Source of the DNA: Octopus sinensis
Taxonomy: Eukaryota
Assembly (NCBI RefSeq): GCF_006345805.1
Contig: NC_043000.1
Span: 11,284,001-11,348,000, forward strand
DNA: 64,000 bases
Direction of reading: 5' to 3'
Both the position numbers and the translations under genes were made by a program. Shown in pieces: positions 1-12,021 of the stretch. Within the stretch, counting starts at the first letter, position 1. Each line of letters begins with the position of its first letter. The notes beneath the pieces were generated by a model. It made no database searches, was not told the DNA's origin, and saw nothing but the letters and a program-made list of their open reading frames with translations.

Positions 1-238
1 ATCAGCAGCATTGTCATTGCTTCCACTTCAACCACATACACCGCCATCAACGTTATCATGACAGTTACCTTGACAGTCACTTTCACCACCACAACCAGTA
101 TAACCATTACAATACCACCATCACACAACTAACAAGATGACAAAAGGCCGAGATGTCTGGTGCCTTGTTGTACTCAAGAAGACCCATACTTCGCAGCAGA
201 AGTGTTAAGATCAGTCCCTCTGGTGATGTAAAGCTCTG

Positions 239-447
239 ATGGCAGTATCACATAAAAGCGCCAATACAGTGCCACGTAAAAGCGTCTGTGCGATGCCTCG
301 TGAAAGTGCCCGTGTGGTGTCACATACAAGCACCCGTGTGGAGCTGCGTAAAAGCACTCAACACTCTATAAAGTGGTTGGCGTTAAGAAGGGCATCCAGC
401 CATAGAAACCATACCAAATCAGACTCCAGTCTCTGATTTGGTATGGT
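239..447 (+). mobile_element. Fragment of RTE-tail-type retroposon family (TGGTTGGCGTT..GAAGGGCATCCAGC motif), ending in a perfect hairpin
   Basis: Contains gtggttggcgttaagaagggcatccagc and tcacataaaagc units shared with copies at 14632, 32366, 41692, 53390, 62750 and 63120. Confidence 0.7.
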
Positions 448-1384
448 ATATTTTTTGTGGTGTGTGCGCGCGTGCGTGTCTATGAGTTTTCCGCATTTTG
501 ATGCTGAACTGATGTTTTTCTTCCTGTTTTCTTTCATTGTTCCTCTGTTTCCATTTTTATTTTATTGAAATCTCTGCACTATCCGGAACTTCCATTAATA
601 GATAATATATGATTGGACACCCTTAATCTGCATTCGTTCGTGTGATTTCCATTTCGACGTAGGTTTTATATTCACTTATAAATCTCAATAAAAATTAGTA
701 CATAGTTTGAAAAAAAAATTAAAACATAGATATATTTAATAAATATTAAAACAAGGGGTAGCTGTAGTATTCTAATATACACGCGGATATATTTGTGATG
801 GAAAGTGCATTTAAGGACATCAGGTCGTGTTCATTGGCTCAATGTGACAAGATACGAATTGATGTCTACAGTCAGGAAGCTACCCGAACGTTAATGCCGT
901 AGAATAAAGTGGATAAAACATTTGAAAATCCCAGTCTAACAACGAAATAATTTCTTTAGGAGTTTGGTCAACACCCAGATTCACTGTTGACATGTTAGAA
1001 GCGGTAAGTTGACAAAGATTTACTTGAATAAATCTGTAATAATGTATGTAAATAGCAGAATTAATGTGTTAACCTTGCAATCATGCAGTATTTCTGTGGA
1101 AGTATCGTCTTTTTGCTGACCTTTTTTTGAAGTGAGGGTGATACTTAAATGTTGATCTATTTTTTGAAAACAAAAAAATCATAATAATTATAATACCTGA
1201 CTGTTACAGGTGATATAAAGGAATTACAGATCTGCTAATTGAAAAGCTTTTCCTGTTGCTAGTCACACAGATATTCTCTTCACCGCTACATTATAGGCGC
1301 ATTTTAAGCAATAACAAACCTACAAGTTTATTCTATCGATCATTATAATATTTACTCGTATCTTCTACTTCTTTTGGTCGTTAG

Positions 1385-1786
1385 TCTGTGGCCATGTTGG
1401 GGTACCGTCTTGAATCATTTTTTTACCAATGAATCGACCCTAATACTTTTTTTTTAAAAGTTTGGTACTTCTGGGCGAAAGTAAAGAATACGTACACCCG
1501 ATTTTTAGGGTTAGGGTTTTTTATTACGCTGTAAACTGGTGGTGTATATATTCTTTACCTCCGCCCTTCTATCGGTTCTTTCGCCGAACCGCTAAGTTAC
1601 GGGTACGTAAACACACCAACACTTATTGTCGAACGGCGGTGGGAGACATGCGTGATTCTATTCACAAGGCTTTGGTCCGCCCAAGACTGTAGCAGACACT
1701 TGACCAAGGTGCCTTACAGTGGGACTGAACTCGGAACTATGTGGTTGGGAAACAAGATTCTTACCACAGCCACATCTGCCCCTATA
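1385..1786 (-). mobile_element. tRNA-derived SINE, ATAGGCGCAGG-head family (diverged)
   Basis: Reverse complement reads ataggggcagatgtggctgtggtaag...ccgagttcagtcccactg...ggcaccttggtcaagtgtc, matching the full copy at 58806. Confidence 0.8.
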
Positions 1787-2336
1787 TGTTGTATTATTAT
1801 TATTATTATTTTATTTGTAGTCGTGACGTTTTCCAGTCTTCAAATATCATTAATTGTACACGATGAAGATCTTGCTAAATTTCTTCTAACCAGTTGAAGT
1901 TTTTCAAATCATTTTCAAAAAATGTACTTCTGATGAGAATATCGCATTATTTTTCTTAGAGATTAATTGTCAAAAAGTTACAAACATTTACATCAATTTA
2001 GCCAGTCGAATTTTTGATTGCCCGACATAGCGGAAGTTGTGAATGTTTGTCCCCATGGGAACAGCAGGGATGGCACAAAGTATTACAGCACGGGGTTTTT
2101 TTTCCTCACTTGAGATAGGCCCAAGTGGTTTCCACTTGTTGAGGGATTGATTATCAGTAACATTGAAATACAGTCTTCTAAATAATACAAATCTTGCCAA
2201 CGCAGACACCCACCATCTTTCCTCAGCTTTGATATGTATGTGTTCACATTCCATGGCTTTGTTTGGAGTGAAACAGTGTTACATTGACATTCCATATTGA
2301 CATTACAACTAGTTGCACTATATCAAGACATCTATT

Positions 2337-2740
2337 GGATCTTTTCGGTTTGAACGGCAGTTTTTAAAAATAACTTCCACGTAACTAAGCACGTTTAAAC
2401 TTCGTTTACTGGTAGAATGTGTTTATAAAACATCTTTTTCTCTTGGCTTTATTGAGAAAATTCTATAGTTTGTAAGATATTTGCTGTTTTTTTTCTTCAA
2501 TTTCTACAATTTCAACCAATCAACGACGTCTATTGAGGTGAAAACATTCTGTGCCGTATGAATATGTCCCTCGTTTAAGAAACAGATTGGGTTTATTTAC
2601 ATTTCTGAAGAAAAAAAAGATACCCTTCCCCCACCCCTAACCCTAAAACAAATTGACATGCAATAGATCGATACTAGGGTCATAATTATGGGTGACAATT
2701 TTATATGACACCGCTAGAAAAAACCGCCGTTCAAACTGAA
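2337..2740. mobile_element. MITE with GGATCTTTTCGGTTTGAACGGCAG termini (right end truncated)
   Basis: Nearly identical to the complete copy at 53947-54363 and the inverted copy at 58141. Confidence 0.85.
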
Positions 2741-3120
2741 ATGGTCCAATTTGTCTATCAATATAGAAATGTAGTAAAATTTCCATGTTTATCTTGTTTC
2801 TTACACTGTTTCTTTATTATTTCAGATTAACAGACAACATTGGCATACAGGATTTATTTTAAATTGGATACACCTTCAATATCTAATCTTTTAAAGTCTA
2901 AGGGAAAATGCTATGTATGACAGATATAACCCTATTGCTATTAATTGATGGTGGAATTACTGTGAAATATTTTCTTTAATAGCAACTGTCTGATGCTTTT
3001 TCCTTTTAATGAAACTTGATTAAATTTTTGAAGGTGTTTACAGCACCTCTTAGATGTCAATGAAGATTACAGTTCATAACAATAGACTGGGTATTTATAT
3101 TCTTTGAAGAGCTGTTCAAA

Positions 3121-3993
3121 ATGTCAGAAAATACACCATACCTCTGTGAAATCTGTGGCAAAACTTTCCCTGAAATGATTCTGTTACATAGACACATGTG
3201 TATTCATACAGGTGAGAAATTTCACTGCGGTATCTGTGGTAAATCATTCTCTGCCAATAGTGACTTAACTAAACACCTTCGTATACATACAGGAGAGAAA
3301 CCATTTCACTGTGATGTCTGTGGTAAATCATTTTCTTTAAATAGTTCCTTAACTAGACACAAACGTCTTCATACCGGAGAAAAACCATATCATTGTGATA
3401 TCTGTGATGAATCATTCTCCGAGAGCGCTAAACTGAGTAGGCATAGACGTATTCATACAGGAGAGAGATTTCACTGTGACATCTGTAGTAAATCATTTTC
3501 TGAGAGCACTAAACTAAATAGACATAAACGTATTCATACAGGAGAGAAGCCATATCACTGTAATTTCTGTGGTAAATCATTCTCTTATAACAATGTTTTA
3601 ACTAACCATAAACGTATTCATACGCTGGAGAGACCGTATCACTGCCATTTTTGTGATAAATCATTCTTGCGAAATAGTGACTTCACTAAACATGTCCGTA
3701 TGCATACAGGTGAGAAACCGTTTCAGTGTGATACTTGTGGTAAATCATTCTCTGCGAGTAGTGACTTAACTAAACACAGACGTATGCATACAGGAGAAAA
3801 ACCGTTTCACTGTGATGTCTGTGGTACATCATTCTCCAGAAGTAGCAGCTTATCTATACATGTACGTATGCATACAGGAGAGAGGCCATTTCACTGTGAT
3901 ATCTGTGGTAAATCATTCACTCGTAATAGTATTTTAACTAACCACAAACGTATTCATACTGAGGTAAATCATTCTCTAGAATTAGTGACTTGA
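3121..3993 (+). CDS. C2H2 zinc-finger protein ZNF-A, 10 intact fingers, C-terminus frameshifted
   Basis: 290-aa ORF of CxxC-x12-HxxxH repeats with TGEKP linkers and no N-terminal effector domain. Two more broken fingers follow (3963-4091, 4313-4345). Confidence 0.9.
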   Translation: MSENTPYLCEICGKTFPEMILLHRHMCIHTGEKFHCGICGKSFSANSDLTKHLRIHTGEKPFHCDVCGKSFSLNSSLTRHKRLHTGEKPYHCDICDESFSESAKLSRHRRIHTGERFHCDICSKSFSESTKLNRHKRIHTGEKPYHCNFCGKSFSYNNVLTNHKRIHTLERPYHCHFCDKSFLRNSDFTKHVRMHTGEKPFQCDTCGKSFSASSDLTKHRRMHTGEKPFHCDVCGTSFSRSSSLSIHVRMHTGERPFHCDICGKSFTRNSILTNHKRIHTEVNHSLELVT

Positions 3994-4091
3994 GTAACCA
4001 CAATCATATTCATACAGGTGAGAAACAATATCTGCAATATATGTTATAAATCTTTTACTCGACAAAGCAACTTAACTTCACATATATCTAT

Positions 4092-4312
4092 TCCTTTACT
4101 ACCCACAAGGGGCTAAACACAGAGGGGACAAACAAGGACAGACAAACGGATCAAGTCGATCATATCGACCCCAGTGAGTAACTGGTACTTACTTAATCGA
4201 CCCTGAAAGGATGAAAGGCAAAGTTGACCTCAGCGGAATTTGAACTCAGAACGTAGCGGCAGACGAAATACCGCTAAGCATTTCGCCCAGCATGCTAACG
4301 TTTCTGCCTTAC
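4092..4312 (-). mobile_element. tRNA-derived SINE (GGCAG-head family) inserted in the last finger of ZNF-A
   Basis: Minus strand has A-box-like TAGCATGCTGG, B-box GAGTTCAAATTCC and a GGGTAGTAAAG tail. 17-bp TSD ACTTCACATATATCTAT at 4075-4091 and 4313-4329. Confidence 0.92.
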
Positions 4313-5013
4313 ACTTCACATATATCTATCCTTATAAAAGTGTGACTGTGTTTTTGTTAGAATTGATTACCACTAACAACCACTACCAACATTTCAAGGT
4401 TTTTTTCATTGCTAAATCATGGATTAGCCTTATGGACTTAACAACTATCAGTGAACTCATGGCAAACTATATACTCACCATGGTTTCATTTTTGTGATAG
4501 TGTTCTACAGCCAGATGCCATTCCTTATGTGAACTCTACTAATAACCTCTTACATGAGATACACATACTGTATTTGGACACTTGCTCTGTGTTGAAATTT
4601 ATTATATTTTTAAAATAACTTGTATTACTATAAATGTATTTGAAATGGACAGAAGATATAGAAGTGTAATAACAAGCTGCTGTGACTATATTTTTTATCA
4701 TCACAATGCTGAAATAACATATTGTGATATTTTAAATAAAAGCATAATCATATATTTTCTCAGAGATCAGTAATATCATTGTACAATTGTTATGCTATCA
4801 ATAAATAAAGTGTAAAAGAGAATTGTTCATCACAGCATAATAGAATATATATATGAATTTGTGTGTGTGTCTTTCTGTGTCTCTATATATACATACATAC
4901 ATACATATATGCAGCATTTGTAAAAATGAATAGAAATATGTATCAGTATAAAGTGCCATTGAAGCATGATTTGACCATGCAAAAGGCACTTTGCATAATG
5001 CTTGCAGTCCGGG

Positions 5014-6260
5014 TTACAAACTGTTAGCATTACTCAAACTGTTAGCATTACCATGTACCCACCCCAGATGGTGCTGTACCTCATAGTTTTGCTGGTTCAG
5101 TTCCCCTAGCCAGCATGCTAATTGTCCCTCCAGGTTCCTCAGTGTCTTCAGCCACTTGAGTGCTGCATGGTCCATTCTGATGATAAAGTGGGAACTATAC
5201 AGGTACGGATAGAAAGAGTCAATGCTCTTCATCACCAGCAAAACCTCCTTACGAGTTAGTCAATAGTTTCGCTCTGGTGGACTAAACTTTTTGCTGTTAT
5301 ATGCCACCACATATTTTTCTCACCCTACCTCCGACACAGTACTCCACTGATAACATGGCTATTGGCGTCACAGTCCAGTATAAAAGGCTGGCTTGGGTCC
5401 AGGTATGGCAACACAGGAGAACTTATTAGCACCTGTTTGAGTTTGTCAAAAGCGTTCCATGTCATGGCAGTCCATTCAAACTTTTATCTCTTTCCCAACA
5501 GCTTGTGCAATGGTGCGGTCACCATCACAAAGTACCTGTCATAGGTACACAGCCCTAGGAATCTCCTTGACTCGCTTGCACAAGTAGGAACTGGCCAATC
5601 TCCCACTGCTGCCACCTTCTCTGGATCAGTATGGACACCGTCTTCTCCCACAACATCTTTCAAGTATCTTACTATCTTCTGGTTTGAGGTTTGCAGCTCG
5701 AAACTTCTTAAATACCTCCAATAACCTCTCCAGTTCCTGATCAAATGTTTGACCAAATACAAGATAGATGAGGGTGACCTGCCAGTGTAGGCCTCCAGTA
5801 CCCAATCCATGAGGTGCTTGAAAGTTGCAGGGGCGTTGCACAGGCCAAATGGCATTACATTGAACTGCCACAAACCCCTTCCATATGAAAATACAGTCTT
5901 CCCCCTACCTTTTCTGGCAACCTTGATTTGATGGTATCCAGCTTTCATATTCAAAGTAGAGAATTACCAGGCCCCTGCTAAAGCATCAAGTGTGTCAATT
6001 CTTGGCAAAGGATGTGTATCCTTCACTGTCACATCATTTAGTGCTTTATAATCCACGCAGTATTTCCCTGTACCATCTTTCTTCTGCACTAAAACAACTG
6101 ATGACCAGGGACTGTTTGAGTTTTCGACTACTCCCTGTCATCAATATTCCTCCATCACTTCTTCCATTTCCTGTTGCTGAACTGGGGTCATCCTCCGAGT
6201 CGGTTGTTTTTACCACACACAAAAGCTATTTTCCCTGTTAACCTTCCTCTGGTATTGCTG
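5014..6260 (-). mobile_element. Degenerate Ty3/Gypsy pol fragment (RT and RNase H)
   Basis: Motifs [47 protein letters not shown] and DHAALKWL, broken by stops and frameshifts. Confidence 0.9.
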
Positions 6261-6520
6261 CACCTTTTATATGTCCATAGCTTACACCAGGTACATCTTA
6301 TGGAGTTTCTCATGGAGGCAGTGCCAGGTGATTGAGACCTTTAATGATATATTGTGCTTGTGTAGACCTGTCAAGCCAAAGGAGATCGTAGTCATGACCA
6401 ATGCCAGTGTGAGTGTGTGTGCTGGCATATATGAATATTGGAAAAAAGGTTTAGGAAATGATGGGAAGTATTTTTCAAAATGATAATGATATGTATAAAA
6501 TTATTTTTAAGTGTCTGTTC

Positions 6521-7060
6521 TTATTTATTTGTTGTGGTTGGGTCTATATTTAATTGTTGTTTATACTTGTTGATAAATTGCCATTCTTTATTTAGTCTTT
6601 GTTGTTGTTTGAAGGAATCTGAGCACTTGTAGAGGGGAAATATTTTGAAATTTGGTAAGATCATTCCTGCACAGGTTGCAATGTGACTGCTTAAAGGAAT
6701 TTTCCTTGTGCTTTTATCTTGGACCTGTTGGCGATGGGATGTCATTCTGTTGCATAACGATCTGCCCGTCTGACCTGTGTAATTATGTTGGCAACCATTG
6801 CATGTGATTACGTAGATCAGGTTTTCCATGTTGCAGGTGAAATTGGACTGGACTTTGGAGGTTTGGCCAACTTTGAATTTTAATTCTGGCCCCCTCAATT
6901 TAGTAACAGCAAGTACCGCACTTCTCGTGCATTTTGTAACCATTCGATTGGGAGTTTCTTTGTGCATTTTTGTTCCAGTGAGAATGAGTTTTAGTGTTTG
7001 GGGCTGCCTTTTGCTTTTGATGATTTTTTCTTTCTAAGATTCATGGTTTCCTGCTCTCTT
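6521..7060 (-). mobile_element. Penelope-like element GIY-YIG endonuclease remnant
   Basis: NLIYVITCNGCQHNYTGQT...HRQQV...LSSH...RLNKEWQFI matches the PLE GIY-YIG pattern. The Cys-rich linker is recoverable with one frameshift. Confidence 0.8.
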
Positions 7061-8473
7061 GTTCTGAATGTTCTAAGAATCCATCTGGCCAGCTGCTTGC
7101 ATCTCATTGCCAACTTAGTGAAATGCACAAGGATGCATTACTTCTCATGTCAACGTTCAGCTCATGTACTGATTATGAATCTAGAACTATGATCCCTCCG
7201 GGTCCAGTGTATTTTATCTGCCGATAGCATTAAACAGCTTGTTATTGCTTCTCGTCTCAAAGTCTTTGATTCCAGACCTTTTAAGTTTTAGCCACTGATC
7301 ACACAAGTCATAACCAGTTCCAGCCACAATGCCAGATAACAACACCCATCCAACAGCATTACAGCAATCTCTTTCTTCGTCGCTACCATCTTCTTCTTAA
7401 TGACATCAACAACATCTCTACATACACAGCTCAACCAGCAACACTGCACAGGTTCCAACACAGCACTGTTTGTGAATTACTTCACCATGGTTAACAGCGA
7501 ATATACAACCTGCGAGAATTCCTGTACAACTAACCCACACAGCAGCATTATAGCCACAACTTCATATGACACGTACCACACCAGCTCGGCATCTTCGCTG
7601 CAACTTCTTGATACAATATTTCAACTACTGTGTACAATTGACTATGAACTGGTATCTCTCATTTCTTGTATCTGTGAACATTTGTAATTTATTTTATCAT
7701 TCAGTTGTGGTAGCAATTGAATAATATTCTTAAGGCTGCAATTTACTCACATGCAATATCTTTCAGAGCTTATCGCTCATTCAATTCTCAACCAAATTGG
7801 AAACTGTTAACATTGTTGAAGAGAAATAGTCCCTAGTTATATTTTAGCATAAAAAATTAAGATTTGGTCCAGTAGAAAAAAGTTTGCATCAAAATTTCTA
7901 GCAACATTATAGGAGAGTAAGTAACGCCTCCAATCAAGTTCAGATCTAAATAACTTTTTTATTTTAAAAGCATAATATATTTATCTTAGCTTCAATGATA
8001 GAAGAAAGCATGAGGAATTTCATAGTTTTGGTCCCAGGCAACAAAAATTTGTATCAAAAAAAGTTGAGGTAAAATATCCTGAAAAAAAATATAAGGCAAA
8101 AAATTGGATTTAAGTATAATTAACTTTTTTATTTTACAAACAAACTATATTTTAATTAAGCTTAAATGATAGAGCTCAATTCAATGAATTTCATGGTATC
8201 GATCTCATGCAGTGAAATTTTAAAAGAAAATAGTTACGAGTGTTTATTTCTCAAATTTGAGGGTGATATAGTTCTATACTTTTATGAATATAGTTCTATA
8301 AGGAGACTTTTAATATATGTCATTGGTGTCATTGAGATAAGGAAAAAATTATCAACTTCACTGCTAATTGACACAATTTGACACATTATTAATTAACACA
8401 ACAACATGACCTAGAAAAAAAATGGATTACATGGGAAAATGTGAGCAAGAGAAATAATATTCTTAAGATTATA

Positions 8474-8556
8474 AACCTGGAAATGTACAGGACAAGTTAT
8501 TACACTTGGAAAAGTCTAGGACAGGTTATTACATCTGGTAAAGTATAGAACAAGAA
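8474..8556 (+). repeat. Three imperfect ~30-bp tandem units (TGG.AA.GT..AG.ACA.GTTATTACA)
   Basis: Visible by eye in the sequence; possibly subterminal repeats of a DNA transposon. Confidence 0.55.
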
Positions 8557-9689
8557 AATTTTTACTTTATCATTCCCTTTCCAGTAGACAATACAGAAAG
8601 AAAATTAATTTGATGAAAAAAAACTTAATTATAAAAGTGATAGCTAAAGCAAGTGAGCTGGTAAACTCATGGAGAAAATAGGGTTGATTTATTGTCGAGA
8701 ACTTGGAAGCTGCTGCGATTGACGAAATGGTAAACTCAACAATATATTCAACCACTACCGTTGTTGAATGATAATTACATTTGAAAAAACACTCCTGCAC
8801 GTCAATATCTATCATTAGACATCACAAAGATCAGAAGTGCACCATGAATTTTAAATATCTAAGTCAAATGAAAGAGGATCATAGAAAATAGCACATGATC
8901 TGAAATTAACGAAACCCTTCTAAATCTAGACTTAATATTCTCTGCAGCTTCTTCACGATCTGCTGGACTGATATATTTATGTGCCATGCAGTTAAAGAGA
9001 AATTACTGAAATAACTCGTTACTGATTTTATCCCACTTTGGACACCATTTCTTGGGAATTGAAAATTATCAATTTAGACCTTAGTATGAGGGAGAAAAAA
9101 CAGTTGGGATATTAATTGTTAAGCATGAAAAATTCCAGATATTTTATTGGCAACTTCAATTACAATTGGGTCAAAGTTGAATAAAAAGTTTTTGAAAGAA
9201 AGTGCCTTGTGGGATGACGTCAGCAGCTGGGGAGCTGACCGGAAGAGGAGGGGGCAGGAGTGACGCGCAGGCAGGCAGGGCAGCATTGGGCTTTTCAATC
9301 AAGGTAGCTGAGCGAGACAGACATGTGAGCTCATTGTTAAGGTAGGGGAAAAGCAGCTGCTATTTCTAGTGTTCGGGTTGGGCTGCGTGAAAGGGTGCAT
9401 TACCACTGAGAGGTCTCCATCGAGCGAAGAGAAGGTAGGTGTCCTTATTTCAAATATCTCACATACACCACACCTGTCACTTAAGTTTCAAAGTTTCTCA
9501 ACTTATACAACTATGCTGACCAATTTTTACTCCGAAAGACGATGTAACAGCACAAAATCATGGTGTGACATTCAAAATGTCGAGGAAATGGGGGTGGGGA
9601 ATAACAAGAAAGAAATCAGAAATTACCCATTTTGCCTCACTAACCCAATTTGCCCCACCCTCTTCATGCCTATAAGTTCTTCATTCTTT

Positions 9690-10190
9690 AGACCCTGTTT
9701 CGTATCATGTCACACTGAACATGAGCTTGTCTTTAAATGCACTTTCCATCTCAAATATATCTGTGTGTATTAGAGTATAACATTTACCTTTAGTTTCAAT
9801 ATATATTAAATAATATATCTGGGGCTTGTTTTAAATAATTTGATGATTCACAATAAGAGAAAAGTCGAAAAAAAATACAATATAAAAATCATTTAATTAC
9901 ACTAAAAGAATTATTGTAGACCACGACAGTCCTGGAGTTTTATGTTCTGCTAGCTTTGCAGACATAAACGAAAGAAACTAATCAGTTTTACGTATTAATC
10001 GGTTGTTGCTAAATGTAGACCCTCGAGGACTTCGGTCAATCCACTGCACTGAATAGATACAAAAGAAAGACATGTAAAACTGAACGAGCATTAAATACAA
10101 ATGTTTCTCTACAAAAATTATGATTTGTATTCCTATATTGATTTAATATCGTAACTCGGAAATAAATACTCAAATGTAAAAAGCAGAACG
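9690..10190 (-). promoter_or_regulatory. Inverted copy of the ZNF inter-gene/promoter block with a truncated exon-1 homolog
   Basis: Reverse complement aligns by eye to 25340-25830 and 46680-47290, e.g. ggtctacatttagcaa.aaccg, gtcgtggtc..caataattctt, gagtatttatttcc, cagatatatttg.gatggaaagtgcatttaa.gac. Confidence 0.7.
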
Positions 10191-10296
10191 TGGAGTTTAC
10201 AATCATACTTTTACAACTATCATGTAAGAGGGATCACCGATAATTATTCAGTTTACGCTTGTAGAATCAAAACGTATTGGTGACAGTATTGATAAT

Positions 10297-10720
10297 GGCA
10301 ATCTTTCGTCTCTAGTAGACCTTTCCGTCGATTTCCGTAAAAAACTTTTTTTTTTACATATGGGCTTGCGGGAACTTTTGAAGTAATGAGAGCGAAAGAG
10401 ACTAAGAGAAAGCGATTGTATGACGAGGGAAGTTCTTTTGAAGTTACCGTGCATGGGAAGCATTGATGTACATGTGGGTGTGTGTGTGTGTTTGATGGGG
10501 TGTGGGAGACAGACAGTATGTTGTGTAAGTGAAGTGCTTCTCTTAGTGTGTGTGAAGAGACAGAGTAATGTGTGAAAGAAAGAGATAACTGAATTTTTTT
10601 ACTCGGTGTATGTGTATATGTATGTATATTACTTCAAAAGTTCCCGCAAGCCCATATGTAAAAAAAACAACAATTTTTACGGAAATCGACGGAAAGGTCT
10701 ACTAGAGACGAAAGATCGCC
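10297..10720. mobile_element. MITE with ~90-bp near-perfect TIRs and 8-bp TSD
   Basis: TIR GGC(A/G)ATCTTTCGTCTCTAGTAGACCTTTCCGTCGATTTCCGTAAAAA...TACATATGGGCTTGCGGGAACTTTTGAAGTAAT at both ends; flanks TTGATAAT / TTGATAAC. Confidence 0.9.
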
Positions 10721-11621
10721 TTGATAACTTTGATTTTAGTTTGTTTTTGTTTATTTACTATATTTTCTTTTTTTTTTTTTTGATGTGTACTTTTAGCTGC
10801 AAGTCTGTTTTATGAAAGGAAAGAAGAAAGCAGTAAGAAATGATAACTAGATAGATAACCAGTCAGAAATAAAGATTTGTGTGTGAAAGACACAAATAGA
10901 TGGTTTTATAAGTCGAGTAAATAATCATTTTCTCCAAAGAGAAGCTGGAAATCAGTTGTAAATTCCAGATAAAGATGACGAGGGGTGACAAAAGTGAGTA
11001 AAATATCAGACAATCTACTTTGTTGTGTTTAGTTATTTCCCTTTACTTTATATTATTTTATTAACGAACGTAAACTGAACAATTGATGGAAAAATGTTAA
11101 AAACGATGAGAAAAAATTATAAAATGTATATTATTTAGAACATCTTATATATACATATATGTGTGTGTGTATACATATGTGCATGTATATATGGATGAAT
11201 GTAATAAGACTCAACAAAGAATATCTTTGAAGAGTACGTTAAAAATAGAGGCAAATACGAATTGGTGTCTAAAGAGTGAAGAAGCTCTCTGAACGTTAAT
11301 GTAGATTAAACGTTTAAAAAGCCCAGCTTTAACGACCAGGTAATTAATTACTTTAAGACTTTGGTCGACACACTGAAAAGGTAAGTTGACAAAAATTTAC
11401 TCGTATAAATCTCTAATAACATGCGTAAATAACAGAATTATTAACCATGAAATAATCCTATACTTTTCTTTGTTCCTTTTTTTCTTCTTTTCTTTCTTTT
11501 GTTAGATATATTCTTGTTCATATTTTGAATAAAAACCATCTCTCATTACAAAGAGTAATTACTTCCAAACTGAAATGTTGATCTGATATTTTGAAAAAAA
11601 AAAAAATCCCTGACTGTTACA

Positions 11622-12000
11622 TCTTTATATATAAAAGAGAAGTTGTGTGTCTGTCCCCTTCGATTTAGATTCCTAACTACTCCCACATTTTGCGGTGCAG
11701 TTTAACCAAAACCGGGTATCTTATTAGTCGTAATTTATATCGAGCCCTTCTGGGTATTAGCGCGCGTCTACGATGAGTCTACGATTTAAAAAAAAATTTA
11801 CCATCATTTTTTTCCATTTTAATGCATTTTTTCGCTATTATATAAGAGAAGTAACTCTCTAAAAATGTCTACGATGAGTCAACGATTTTAAAAAAAATTT
11901 ACCATAATTTTTTTGCTATTTTTTGGCTATATAACTCTCTCAAAATGCTTATATAGTTATTTCCCTTACAAATCCGAGCAACGCCGGGTGATACTGCTAG
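11622..12000 (+). mobile_element. Non-autonomous Helitron
   Basis: A|TC 5' end, 3' CCGAGCAACGCCGGG hairpin then CTAG|T, no TSD. A second copy lies inverted at 39876-40260. Confidence 0.88.
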
Positions 12001-12021
12001 TGTGATATAAATTAAATATCA

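Larger units (their letters stand above)
1004..2825 (+). other. Predicted 5'-UTR intron of ZNF-A
   Basis: Donor G|GTAAGTTGAC at 1004 and pyrimidine-rich acceptor TTATTTCAG|ATTAAC at 2825; both motifs are conserved upstream of the paralogous ZNF genes in this window. Confidence 0.75.

Noticed and set aside
1926-1945. Other CTGATGA motifs (1926, 5177, 26346, 33767) as hammerheads
   Set aside because: No paired stem II followed by GAAA and a cleavage triplet.
2636-2646. TTAGGG/CCCTAA runs (also 1505, 26512, 54250, 58245, 59996) as telomeric remnants
   Set aside because: Only 2-3 units each, mostly internal to repeated MITE or other repeat bodies.
3121-3993. 84-bp periodicity as a CRISPR-like or satellite array
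   Set aside because: The period equals 28 codons of zinc-finger repeats in a eukaryotic context.
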